The notes beneath the pieces are model-generated. The model was not told the origin of the DNA. It saw only the letters and a list, made by a program, of their open reading frames with translations, and made no database searches. A program made the position numbers and the translations under genes. Positions 29,316 to 41,404 of a stretch of 64,000 bases of DNA are shown in pieces. Source of the DNA: an uncultured delta proteobacterium (GTDB lineage Bacteria > Desulfobacterota > Binatia > UBA9968); assembly GCA_963771465.1 (NCBI GenBank), contig CAVYTU010000012.1:1-64000 (forward strand). Direction: 5' to 3'. Every line of letters starts with the position of its first letter. The first letter of the stretch is position 1.

Positions 29316-30001
29316 ACGATACCGGTGTTGTCGTAACCGGCGGCCTGGGCGTTCTGGGGCCCGCTTACTTGCGCCGACGCTACGCGATTCTTTTCTACAC
29401 GCTGCTTCTTACGACGGTGGCCGCTCCGGTTTTTGCCGCTTTCGAGTTGAAAGGGTCTCTGATTGAGTTTTTTCTCGCCGCCAACCTGCTTGCCGCGGTG
29501 ATTCCTGCTGGCGCGGGGAGAGGTCGCCTCATTCTACTCGCCATTATGACTGTTGCGTGGCTGGCGCGTTCGGCGACGGAGTGGTTTGATTATCCGGCAC
29601 TGGCGGCGATGTCCCTCGGGATATGGACGCTGATTGCGCTGCTCGCGGCGGCGGCTGCTTTGCGCTTCGCCATGCGCGCCACATCCGTTGACGTCGAGCA
29701 TCTGTACGCGGCGCTCAGTGCCTACCTGCTCGCCGGGATCTTTTTCGGACTGTTCTATTGGGTTCTCCAACAGAGTTGGCCGGGCACCTTCGCGGTGACC
29801 GGTGAGTTCTCACGCATGAGCGCGATCTACTTTAGCTTCGTCACGCTGGCGACGCTTGGCTACGGAGACATTGTGCCGCGCAGCGATGTGGCGCGTGGTC
29901 TTGCCATCGTCGAAGGGGTCGGAGGGCAACTGTTTCTAGCGGTGATGGTTGCGCGGTTGGTGAGCTTGTATGGGAGAGGGTCGCCGGGAGCAAGATCTTA
30001 G
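29312..30001 (+). CDS. Potassium-channel-family (ion channel) protein
   Basis: YFSFVTLATLGYGDIVP pore motif. Confidence 0.9.
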   Translation: MNDTGVVVTGGLGVLGPAYLRRRYAILFYTLLLTTVAAPVFAAFELKGSLIEFFLAANLLAAVIPAGAGRGRLILLAIMTVAWLARSATEWFDYPALAAMSLGIWTLIALLAAAAALRFAMRATSVDVEHLYAALSAYLLAGIFFGLFYWVLQQSWPGTFAVTGEFSRMSAIYFSFVTLATLGYGDIVPRSDVARGLAIVEGVGGQLFLAVMVARLVSLYGRGSPGARS

Positions 30002-30275
30002 AAACTGAAATGGAAATATCCGACAAGCATAATTTCCCTTTGACCGACCCCGCGAAGTTAGGGGAACCTACGTGGCGGCTGAAGCAGGGATTACACTGGC
30101 CGGAGGCGTGGGTGGTATGGTGCTAAGGAATCAGGATGGAGTGGTCCTTCACATTCGTTCGGTTTCTAAGGGCGCCAAGCTCCAACTAGGCACCAGTGGA
30201 CTGACGATCAAGATGAAGTAAGAAGATGTGACAGAGGGGCCGGGGATGAGTAGCGGGTGAAGAAGGGCGGGAAAA

Positions 30276-30333
30276 CTAACAGGAGAGAACGGAGAAGTTA
30301 GGAAGAAACTCCGTTTTCTCTGTTAGCTCCTGG
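30276..30333. repeat. REP-like hairpin (TAACAGGAGAGAACGGAG...CTCCGTTTTCTCTGTTAG)
   Basis: Imperfect inverted repeat in an intergenic region. Confidence 0.65.
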
Positions 30334-30419
30334 TAGACCCCAACTCTGACCCCTTCGATCAGGTGTTGTAGACCTGCGCTAGAGCAAGATGAAACTTGTG
30401 AAGTAGAAATACAATTTTC

Positions 30420-30695
30420 ATGACGAAACTTTTTGACACGCTTCGGCAGTTCCCGCTGGCGCTTGGGATCTTGTTTTGGCTCAGTAGCCCAGCGGCGGCG
30501 CACTCCGGAATCACCGATGGCTATGGATGCCATCGCGGTCCGGACAAAGTCAGCTATCACTGTCACCAGGGGCAGTTCACTGGCCGGACGTTTAAATCGA
30601 AAGAGGAGTTTCTGCGCCAGTTGCGCGGCGGTAAATCCGAACAATTGGCGCCGAAAAACAACCCGCCTCTGGCGGAGAAGAAAAGTGATAGGTAG
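30420..30695 (+). CDS. Small secreted YHYH-domain protein
   Basis: Signal peptide ending AAA, then HSGITDGYGCH...YHCH. Confidence 0.8.
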   Translation: MTKLFDTLRQFPLALGILFWLSSPAAAHSGITDGYGCHRGPDKVSYHCHQGQFTGRTFKSKEEFLRQLRGGKSEQLAPKNNPPLAEKKSDR

Positions 30696-30759
30696 ATTTT
30701 AGCTCACGGGCTTGCGCGAGAAACCCTATCCAAGAGTTGCGAACCACAAGCGCTAATAG

Positions 30760-31017
30760 CGAAAAACCGCCGTTGACCTTGAGGAACAGACTCGCCGCCG
30801 TGCCTACGAACTCCACGAGAGCCGCGGGCGCGAAGGGCCACAGACGGAGGATTGGCTGCAGGCGGAAGCGGAGCTAGCGAGAGAGAGAACCATGCCGCTC
30901 CAGCCGATACGGTCAAAAGCAATCGTAAACCGCCGGTCACAAAGAGCGGAAAAAGCAACCCTGAGCAGGTTAAAAAAGTCGAGATCGTCGACGCCCAATA
31001 GAACGGAAAGGGAGTAG
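30760..31017 (+). pseudogene. DUF2934-family small protein without an intact in-frame start (absent from the ORF track)
   Basis: From 30781: EEQTRRRAYELHESRGREGPQTEDWLQAEAEL; in-frame TAG at 30757-30759. Confidence 0.72.
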
Positions 31018-31024
31018 AGAAGAA

Positions 31025-33762
<2,738 letters not shown>

Positions 33763-33902
33763 GGAGGAGCAATGCGCGATGTGAAATCCCGCCCTATTTC
33801 AGATCGACATCGATGCTCATCGTTCAGAACTATTTGAAAACTCATGTCCAGGCGAAGCCTGGGAGCAAAACGTAATTCATAGCCAGTATAGAAGTTGCCG
33901 AA

Positions 33903-34301
33903 ATGAATATGAATTGCTCCAACAGAGTGACGCTCGGTGTTCTCTTGCTGAGCCTTCTTACACTTCATGGCTGTGAGGACCTGGTTATACGCGACCCGTC
34001 GAGCCTGCTCATCCCCAAGTTTCAACGGTCTGAGATCCTTGGCTTTGTGGCAGGATTTGGAACGACCTTTGCCGCCGTACCAGACTTACTCGCAATGCTC
34101 AAGCGGCGGTCAAGCGCGGGGATGAACCCGAGGATGGCGGGCATCATCGGCGTCTTTCAAATCGCCTGGGTCTACTACGGCTTGTTGATCGCTTCGCGGC
34201 CGGTGATTGTATGGAACATGATCGGGGTGGTGATCAATTTCGTGAGCGTCGGAGTGTACCTATATTTCGCCCGCCAAAGAAAGGCAGTAACACTTGAGTA
34301 A
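33903..34301 (+). CDS. SemiSWEET/PQ-loop-family transporter with N-terminal extension
   Basis: ILGFVAG..TT.A.VPD, W..YG.L..S.PVI.WN. Confidence 0.8.
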   Translation: MNMNCSNRVTLGVLLLSLLTLHGCEDLVIRDPSSLLIPKFQRSEILGFVAGFGTTFAAVPDLLAMLKRRSSAGMNPRMAGIIGVFQIAWVYYGLLIASRPVIVWNMIGVVINFVSVGVYLYFARQRKAVTLE

Positions 34302-34384
34302 AAGTGCCCGCCCGGCGACGTTATCTACTCGTTCTTCCCCGGGCAGGTCTGGGAACGAGTAGCAAATCTTTGAGGAATACCATC

Positions 34385-35910
34385 GTGCCATTATCACCCT
34401 ATCCTTCGCTTTACCAAATCAACACTCGTGTCTGGCTCACAGAGCTATCTCACGCTCTAGGCCGACCGGCGACGCTGGATGATATCCCCGACTCCGAGTT
34501 GGACCGATGGCCGAGTTGGGTTTCGACTGGGTGTGGTTCTTGAGCGTCTGGCAGACCGGTCCTGCTGCGCAAGCGATCTCGCGAGCGAATCCCGGTTGGC
34601 GTCATGAGTTCGCCGAAACGCTGCCGGATCTCAAAGAAGAAGACATCGGCGGCTCGGGGTTCGCGATCCAAAATTACACCGTCCATCGCGATCTGGGCGG
34701 CGACTGCGGCGCTTGCCCGTTTGCGACAACGGCTGCAACGACGCGGACTGAAACTGATGCTCGACTTTGTCCCGAACCACATGGCCCCGGATCACCCGTG
34801 GAGCGATGAGCACCCGGACTACTTTGTCCATGGCAGTGAGAGTGACCTGGAGCGCGCCCCGCAAAACTTTTGCCGCCTACAGACAAAAAATGGCTCGCTG
34901 GTGCTCGCCTACGGTCGAGATCCGTACTTCGAAGGCTGGCCCGACACGCTGCAGCTTAACTACGGCAACCCGCACTTGCAGCAGGCGATGATCGGCGAGT
35001 TGGAGAGAATCGCCGGGCAATGCGACGGCGTGCGCTGCGATATGGCCATGCTGATCATGCCGGACGTGTTTGAACGCACTTGGGGCATCCGCGCCGAGCT
35101 CTTCTGGCCCAAGGCCACCGAGTCCGCGCGGCGACAGCATCCGAACTTCCTCTTCATGGCTGAAGTCTACTGGGGCATGGAATGGACGATGCTGGAACAG
35201 GGATTCGATTACGCTTACGACAAACGGCTGTACGATCGCCTGCGCGAAGGTCATGCGCGGTCGGTGCGCGAGCATTTTCATGCTGGGCTCGATTACCAGA
35301 ACAAGCTGGCTCGCTTTTTGGAAAACCACGACGAGCCGCGGGCGGCTGCGGCATTCTCTCCGGACGTACATGAGGCTGCGGCGGTCATTACATTTCTATC
35401 TCCGGGGCTGCGCTTCTTTCACCAGGGACAATTCGACGGTCGCAAGAAACGCATCTCGCCGCATCTGATTCGCGGGCCAGAGGAGCCGGTCGACCAGAAG
35501 CTTAAAGCAATTCTACGACCGGCTCCTTGCCGTGTTGCGCGCATCCGGTCGTCCGCAACGGCCAGTGGCAATCGCTCGAATGCGTCCCAGCCTGGGAAGG
35601 CAACTGGACTTGGGATTGTTTTCTAGCTTTTGCCTGGCAAGCCGGTAGTGGCGAGCGGCTGCTGGTGACGGTGAATTACGCGCCCAATCAGAGCCAGTGT
35701 TACGTGCGGTTGCCGTTTGCAGACCTCGGCGACGGCCAATGGCGGCTCGAGGACTTGATCGGTGAGGCCACGTACGATCGCCAGGGCGATGATTTGCAAG
35801 CGCGGGGACTGTACCTGGATGAGCCTCCCTGGCAAGCGCATGTTTTTTCGCTGACGAAAAACATGAGAGTAAGCACGAAATTCGAAACACTTCTAAATAA
35901 GCAAAAATAA
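34385..35910 (+). CDS. GH13 alpha-amylase-family protein (several frameshifts)
   Basis: LYQINTRVWL, LDFVPNH, DGVRCDMAML, AEVYW, FLENHDEPR. Confidence 0.88.
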
Positions 35911-35998
35911 AAACACGGGCCGCAAGCAAACTTGGTTCGGATTTGGATTTTAGAATTTCTGGGATTTTAAATTTTTTTGGATTGTTCCGAATTGCGAA
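35870..35998. repeat. AT-rich heptamer palindromic element, same family as 16175-16319
   Basis: GCACGAAATTCGAAACA...TTCGGATTTGGATTTTAGAATTT. Confidence 0.6.
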
Positions 35999-36051
35999 GC
36001 CTTTACCATGAGGAAGTTCTTCTGACTAACTTGAATGAGACGATCAACTTC

Positions 36052-36125
36052 GATAAGCCTACGGACTTCTCGCTCGTCGTAGGTGGGCCGCTGTGCCAGC
36101 TTTTGCGCCGGTTGCATCTGAGCGC
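36052..36125 (+). pseudogene. N-terminal relic of a conserved membrane-protein gene
   Basis: DKPTDFSLVVGGPLCQLLRRLHLS resembles a conserved hypothetical N-terminus (DFSLVLGGPLYQLxRR), recalled from memory; the similarity stops abruptly. Confidence 0.5.
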
Positions 36126-36190
36126 GCTTCAACAGGAAATAGATTCTTCGGAATTTTGAAAAGGCGAACCGAAAGTACAGGAGGCAATAA

Positions 36191-37612
36191 ATGAAGAGCG
36201 AAGCTAAGCAATTGCACGCAGTTGGCAAGCGTGGTCGCGGCAACGCGCCCAGCGAAGCACCGTATCGTTCTCAGGCCGAGCGCCGGGGCGAAGGCAAGGC
36301 GCTGCGCGACACCGTGCCCCGCGCGGAGCATAGTGGATGGAAGCCGCCCAAGGATCGTCCTGATCCGGTCGACATGGTGCTTGCCCAAAACGAGGGCAGG
36401 CTGCTCGACCTCGTGCCGATTCGCCACGGTCGGATGTCACAGTCGGCCTTCGCCTTCTATCGCGGCACCGCCGCAATCATGGCTGCCGACCTGGCTCACA
36501 CGCCAAGCTCCGGCCTCAGGGTGCAGGCCTGCGGCGACGCCCACCTCTCGAACTTCGGCGCGTTTGCCACGCCTGAGCGCAGCGTGATCTTCGATATCAA
36601 TGACCTGGATGAAACGCTTCCCGCTCCATGGGAATGGGACGTCAAGCGTTTGACCGCCAGCGTGGTGCTGGCCGGGCGTCACATCCAGCTCAAGCAAAGC
36701 GAGTCGGCGCGCGCCGCCCGCGCCGCGGTGCGCTCATACCGGGAACACATGACAGAGTATTCCTTCATGAACGCGCTGGACATCTGGTACGACCAGATCG
36801 ACCTCAGGCGGCTGATCGATACGGTGGGAAACGAAGAGGATCGCGCGCGCATAGAGAAGAAAGTCGAGAAGGCGCGCGGGCGCTCTGTTGCCGCGCACGA
36901 TTTCCCAAAGCTCGCCGAGCACGTTGGCTCGACGCCGCGCATCAAAGATAACCCCCCGCTGATCTTCCATTCCGAGATGACGGGAGACGTGGGTAGCGAG
37001 GAACTCAAGGCAGCATGGGCGCTTTACCACGATTCCCTGCCCGAGCACGTCCGCGTGCTTTTCGACCGCTTTCATCTGTGCGACATGGCGGTGAAGGTCG
37101 TTGGTGTGGGCAGCGTCGGTACGGCGTGCCTGATCGCGCTCTTCATGGCTGCGGACGACGACCCGCTGTTTCTGCAGATCAAGCAGGCGAACGCGTCGGT
37201 GCTCGAACCCTATGCCGGGAAGAGTCTGCACGGCAGCCACGGTCAGCGCGTCGTCGTTGGCCAGCGCCTGATGCAGTCGGCGAGCGACAGCTTCCTGGGG
37301 TGGACCCAGTCACATCGAGGGCGCCACTTCTACGTGCGGCAACTCCGCGACGTGAAGATTTCGGTGGACATTGACGGCATGGACGATGACATATTGCGGC
37401 GATACGCGGAAGCGTGCGGGTGGGCGCTGGCCCGAGCGCACGCGCGCTCGGGCGACGCCGCCATGATCGCGAGCTACATGGGTTCGAGCCGCACCTTTGA
37501 CGAGGCGATCTGCGACTTTGCCGGCGATTATGCCGACCAGGCCGAGTGCGATCACCAGGCGTTCGTGAAAGCGATCAGAGACGGACGCGTCAAAGCGGTC
37601 GTTGAATCCTAG
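36191..37612 (+). CDS. DUF2252-family protein
   Basis: LVPIRHGRM, FYRGTA.IMAADL, CGDAHLSNFG, DINDLDET, KVVGVGSVGT, YVRQLRD, LARAHARSGD. Confidence 0.93.
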   Translation: MKSEAKQLHAVGKRGRGNAPSEAPYRSQAERRGEGKALRDTVPRAEHSGWKPPKDRPDPVDMVLAQNEGRLLDLVPIRHGRMSQSAFAFYRGTAAIMAADLAHTPSSGLRVQACGDAHLSNFGAFATPERSVIFDINDLDETLPAPWEWDVKRLTASVVLAGRHIQLKQSESARAARAAVRSYREHMTEYSFMNALDIWYDQIDLRRLIDTVGNEEDRARIEKKVEKARGRSVAAHDFPKLAEHVGSTPRIKDNPPLIFHSEMTGDVGSEELKAAWALYHDSLPEHVRVLFDRFHLCDMAVKVVGVGSVGTACLIALFMAADDDPLFLQIKQANASVLEPYAGKSLHGSHGQRVVVGQRLMQSASDSFLGWTQSHRGRHFYVRQLRDVKISVDIDGMDDDILRRYAEACGWALARAHARSGDAAMIASYMGSSRTFDEAICDFAGDYADQAECDHQAFVKAIRDGRVKAVVES

Positions 37613-37744
37613 GCCGCGTCAACGATCACGAGGAGCTCCTGCGCGTGATCATGGCGCGGCAGTAGGAAGTGGCGAGTGAACGTCGTGAGATCGAATTGGT
37701 GAAGTGACTGAGCAAATCAACAACTAAAAGGAGACAACCATCGC

Positions 37745-38200
37745 TCCCGCGCCGATCCCGCCTGCGGCGATTCTGAGTTTTCTCCATGCCGGCTATCCGG
37801 TCGATGTGGTGCTGCGGCTCGCCGTTCATGCCGTCAAAGGCATTCATAGCCGCTACGGCTAGGGTGCACGCGCGCGCGAGGCCGATCCGGAGTTTTTTCC
37901 GCTTGTCGAGAAGCTGCGCAACGTTCAGCAATCCGGACAAATTAGCCTGCGGGTGAAAAAAACCTCCGGCCAGACCGCGTCCTTAATGGTATTCAGTAAT
38001 AAGCCAAACCCGGCGATAGAGGCGGAGCGCGACGAGAGTACGCAAACTCCTAGGTCTCGATCCTCAGACCAACGAGTTCAGCGTGGTCTACGGCTCGGTG
38101 GCTGATAATGACAAAGAGATTGCCCTGCTTACCCGTTCCGTGCTCGAATTCCTGGTGGACCTTCCTCCTACATTGATGTTCCGGCCGCCAACGTGGAGCA
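37745..38200 (+). pseudogene. Internal relic of a conserved hypothetical (lipo)protein gene
   Basis: PIPPAAILSFLHAGYPVDVVLRL...YG*GARAREADPEFF.LVEKLR..QQSG...LGLDPQTNEFSVVYGSVADNDKEIALLTRS; no start codon, internal stop. Confidence 0.6.
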
Positions 38201-38249
38201 AAATCGCGCGTTTTCCTTCGCCTGCGCCGGAGTTTGTCAACGGTGCTGC

Positions 38250-38429
38250 GGCGCAAGCCATCAGACGGGATGGACGGGCCAAGTCGCGCCCCTCTGCTCG
38301 ACCTGTGTGCGCGCGTCGACGCTAAACGTGCTGGAGACCGAACGCGGGCTGGTTTTGAATAAACTCGTGACCGAGCAAGTCGGTGGTGAAAAACAACGGA
38401 ACAAGACTCGGCTGTCGACAGTTAGTTAG
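38250..38429 (+). pseudogene. Relic 3' end of a third GH63 gene
   Basis: [10 protein letters not shown]...CTCGACCTG...GTCGACGCTAAA...EQVGGE parallels 33605-33745. Confidence 0.8.
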
Positions 38430-38544
38430 GACACGGCCTCGGCGCCGGTTCGGCCCTGGCGCGCGTGGAATAGTTGCTTCAAACATCGGGCATTAAGAAT
38501 AGTCCCGCGGCTACAACCGCTCGGGCATCCAAACCGCCATTGCC

Positions 38545-38562
38545 ATTGGACTAAAGTCCAAT
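38545..38562 (+). promoter_or_regulatory. Palindromic operator (ATTGGAC-TAAA-GTCCAAT) upstream of mlaC-aqpZ
   Basis: Perfect 7-4-7; TG-A-TAGGGG at 38585. Confidence 0.85.
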
Positions 38563-38635
38563 ATCAATCCCCCTGGTGCTTTGATAGGGGTCAATCATCT
38601 ATTCAGCCCAACAGCGCCTAACACGGAGGTGTTTT

Positions 38636-39250
38636 ATGCTAGCCCACGCAATGATGTCATGTACGCGGAGATACTTAAATCTTGGATCAATCGCGCTGGT
38701 GCTGGTGCTGTTTGTGCCCAATGCTCAGGCCCAGGGCCCGAAAGAGCAACTTCAAGGTACTATCGATAGCGTCATGAAAGTTCTCCTGACGATTCAAAGC
38801 CGGAACGATATTGAAAGAAACAGGGAACCGCTGCGAAAGTTACTTGTGGCTCGCTTTGATTATGCGGCGATGGCAAGGCAGTCGCTCGGGAATCGCTGGG
38901 TGGATCTGAAGGGTCAGGAAAAAGAATTTGTCGCGGTGTTCGCCGAGTTTCTGCAAAATTCATACATGAGCACACTCGGCTCATTTCGAGGTGAAAAAGT
39001 AGTTTACGACCGCGACCAGATAGATGGAGAATCTGCGGAAGTGGATACTCGAGTTGTTGGCGGCGAAGGGGCTCCGATCAGGATCGGCTACAAGCTCCAT
39101 CTCACGACTGGGCAGTGGATGGTCTACGACGCGATTATCGACGACGTTAGCGTGGTTGGCAACTATCGATCTCAGTTCGCAAGAATTCTTCGCACGGCCT
39201 CGTTGGACGAACTAATGCAAAGCATGCGGGCAAAGGCATCCGGCGGTTAG
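38636..39250 (+). CDS. MlaC/Ttg2D-family phospholipid-binding protein
   Basis: FDYAAMARQSLG.RW, W.VYD..ID.VS.V.NYRSQF. Confidence 0.9.
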   Translation: MLAHAMMSCTRRYLNLGSIALVLVLFVPNAQAQGPKEQLQGTIDSVMKVLLTIQSRNDIERNREPLRKLLVARFDYAAMARQSLGNRWVDLKGQEKEFVAVFAEFLQNSYMSTLGSFRGEKVVYDRDQIDGESAEVDTRVVGGEGAPIRIGYKLHLTTGQWMVYDAIIDDVSVVGNYRSQFARILRTASLDELMQSMRAKASGG

Positions 39251-39347
39251 TCGAAAGTGGTCTGGCGCATAGAGAGCAGCGGGTCGCGAATGCCATCAGC
39301 TTGAGCGCTCAAACACGGTGACGAAAATCTCAGAAGGGGATGAGACC

Positions 39348-40091
39348 ATGATACCTTTATCTAAACGGCTTGTAGCAGAATTCATTGGAACCCTTTGGTT
39401 GGTGCTCGGGGGCTGCGGAAGCGCAGTATTGGCAGCGGCGTTTCCCAACTTAGGGATCGGCTTTCACGGAGTCGCTCTTGCTTTCGGCCTTACTGTCCTA
39501 ACGATGGCATACGCGGTCGGTCACGTCTCCGGTTGTCATCTCAACCCTGCAGTTTCGGTTGGCTTATGGGCGGGCAAGCGCTTTCCGCCTTCCGATCTGG
39601 CCCCCTACATCATCGCACAAGTCCTCGGCGCGATTGCGGGTGCCTTTGTAATCTATCTCATCGCGACAGGCAAAGCCGGGTTTGATGTCGTTCAAAGCGG
39701 ATTTGCTGCCAACGGCTATGAAGCACATTCCCCAGGTGGGTATTCGCTTGTTGCCGCCCTCGTTTGCGAGATTGTGACGACGTATATGTTTCTTCTTGTC
39801 ATCTTGGGCGCCACGCACGGACGCGCGCCAGTTGGCTTTGCCGGTATCGCCATTGGTCTCGCATTGACCCTCATCCATTTGATCAGCATCCCCGTAACCA
39901 ACACCTCGGTCAATCCGGCCAGAAGCACGGGTCCAGCGATCTTTGTCGGAGGTTGGGCGCTTTCCCAACTCTGGCTCTTTTGGCTGGCGCCAATCATCGG
40001 TGCCCTTCTCGCAGGATGGACCTCCGTGTGGCTCGGCGAAGAATCTGTAGCGAGCAAAATCCCAGTGGTTGGCGACCGACCGACGAAGTGA
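39348..40091 (+). CDS. aqpZ: Aquaporin Z
   Basis: [10 protein letters not shown] and [10 protein letters not shown]; [10 protein letters not shown]. Confidence 0.96.
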   Translation: MIPLSKRLVAEFIGTLWLVLGGCGSAVLAAAFPNLGIGFHGVALAFGLTVLTMAYAVGHVSGCHLNPAVSVGLWAGKRFPPSDLAPYIIAQVLGAIAGAFVIYLIATGKAGFDVVQSGFAANGYEAHSPGGYSLVAALVCEIVTTYMFLLVILGATHGRAPVGFAGIAIGLALTLIHLISIPVTNTSVNPARSTGPAIFVGGWALSQLWLFWLAPIIGALLAGWTSVWLGEESVASKIPVVGDRPTK

Positions 40092-40231
40092 CTATCAACA
40101 GAAATGACGCCCTCGTCCTAGCTCTGATGCGGGATGATCGATGTACTGGTTATCGCGGATCGATGGATGACTGAGTAGCGCATGTCGTAGTTCTTCTGGG
40201 CACGTGGAAGTACAAAAAAAGGAGCAGCCAC

Positions 40232-41155
40232 ATGATAAAAACAATCCTACTTCTGATCATTTGCCTGCAGGCCTCAGTGGCTTCGGCGTTTACCATCGCG
40301 ACCGGGCCGAGCGACGGAAGTTATTCTCAGATCGCGCAGGACATCAAGAGCGTGGCGGGGAAGGAAAACATCGATATTCAAGTGATGCCCACTAAGGGTT
40401 CCCTCGAAAATATCCAGCTCCTCGGTACCGGCAAAGTGGACATGGCGATCGTTCAGCTGGACGCTCTACGGTTTGTCTCCGACGTACTCAAACAACAGCA
40501 GAATTTGGATCTTTTCGACAGTATCAAGGTTGTATTGAATCTTTACCCCGAAGAAATACATGTGCTCAGCAACAAGAGCGACATCCAGACTTTCTATCAG
40601 CTCGAAGGGAAGCGCGTGTCGGTGGGTACCGAGGGGGGCGGCACCGCGATTACCGCCGCGGTGCTCTTGGCCATCTATGATATCAAGGCGACGGTTTCTT
40701 TCGACACCTTCGACGATGCCATGAAAAAGCTGGAGCAAGGCGGTCTCGATGCCGTGATGTTTGTCGGCGGGGCGCCGGTCCCCTTTATCGGCAAGTTGGA
40801 CGGTAAAGTTCATTTTGTCCGTCTGCCGGCCAACCCGGCACTCGAGCAATTCTACGCACGAACGAGCCTGGGGAAATCTCAATATCCTTGGTCTGCAACC
40901 GAGACCGAAACCTATGCCGTGCCGGCGTCGATTATGGGGTTAGACAAGAAAAATGAAAACGAGGCGGCCCAAATGCAAAAGCTGGTTCTGGCCATCCTAA
41001 ACTCGGCCGATCAGCTTAGAGCCAACGGCCATCCCAAGTGGAAAAGCTCGATCATCCAAAGCTATTTTCCGTACCGCGGTTACGAGCCGACCAATCAAGT
41101 TATCCAGACGTTCAATTTTCTCGACAGCCGGGGATACAAAATAGTAAAGAAGTAA
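40232..41155 (+). CDS. TAXI-family TRAP solute receptor
   Basis: IATG..DGSY, TKGSLENI.LL, LYPEEIHV; signal peptide. Confidence 0.88.
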   Translation: MIKTILLLIICLQASVASAFTIATGPSDGSYSQIAQDIKSVAGKENIDIQVMPTKGSLENIQLLGTGKVDMAIVQLDALRFVSDVLKQQQNLDLFDSIKVVLNLYPEEIHVLSNKSDIQTFYQLEGKRVSVGTEGGGTAITAAVLLAIYDIKATVSFDTFDDAMKKLEQGGLDAVMFVGGAPVPFIGKLDGKVHFVRLPANPALEQFYARTSLGKSQYPWSATETETYAVPASIMGLDKKNENEAAQMQKLVLAILNSADQLRANGHPKWKSSIIQSYFPYRGYEPTNQVIQTFNFLDSRGYKIVKK

Positions 41156-41404
41156 AAGCGTGCATGAGTTTTTCCGCAACCTGCGATAGATTCGAAGTTA
41201 GCGCTCAAGAGCGGAGGCGTCGCCCGTATTACTTTCGTTTACAAACTCTGCGACTGTTCGCCGGAGCGCTGGCCCGCTATCGGGGAGTGCGGCAAAGTCC
41301 GACATGGAAGAAAGTCGAGGCGTTCTGGGATAAATTTCTAGGCGGTGAGATCTGGTATAGACGGTTCTTCGGCGCGCGGTAATCTATCCTGCTCGGAGGA
41401 GCCT

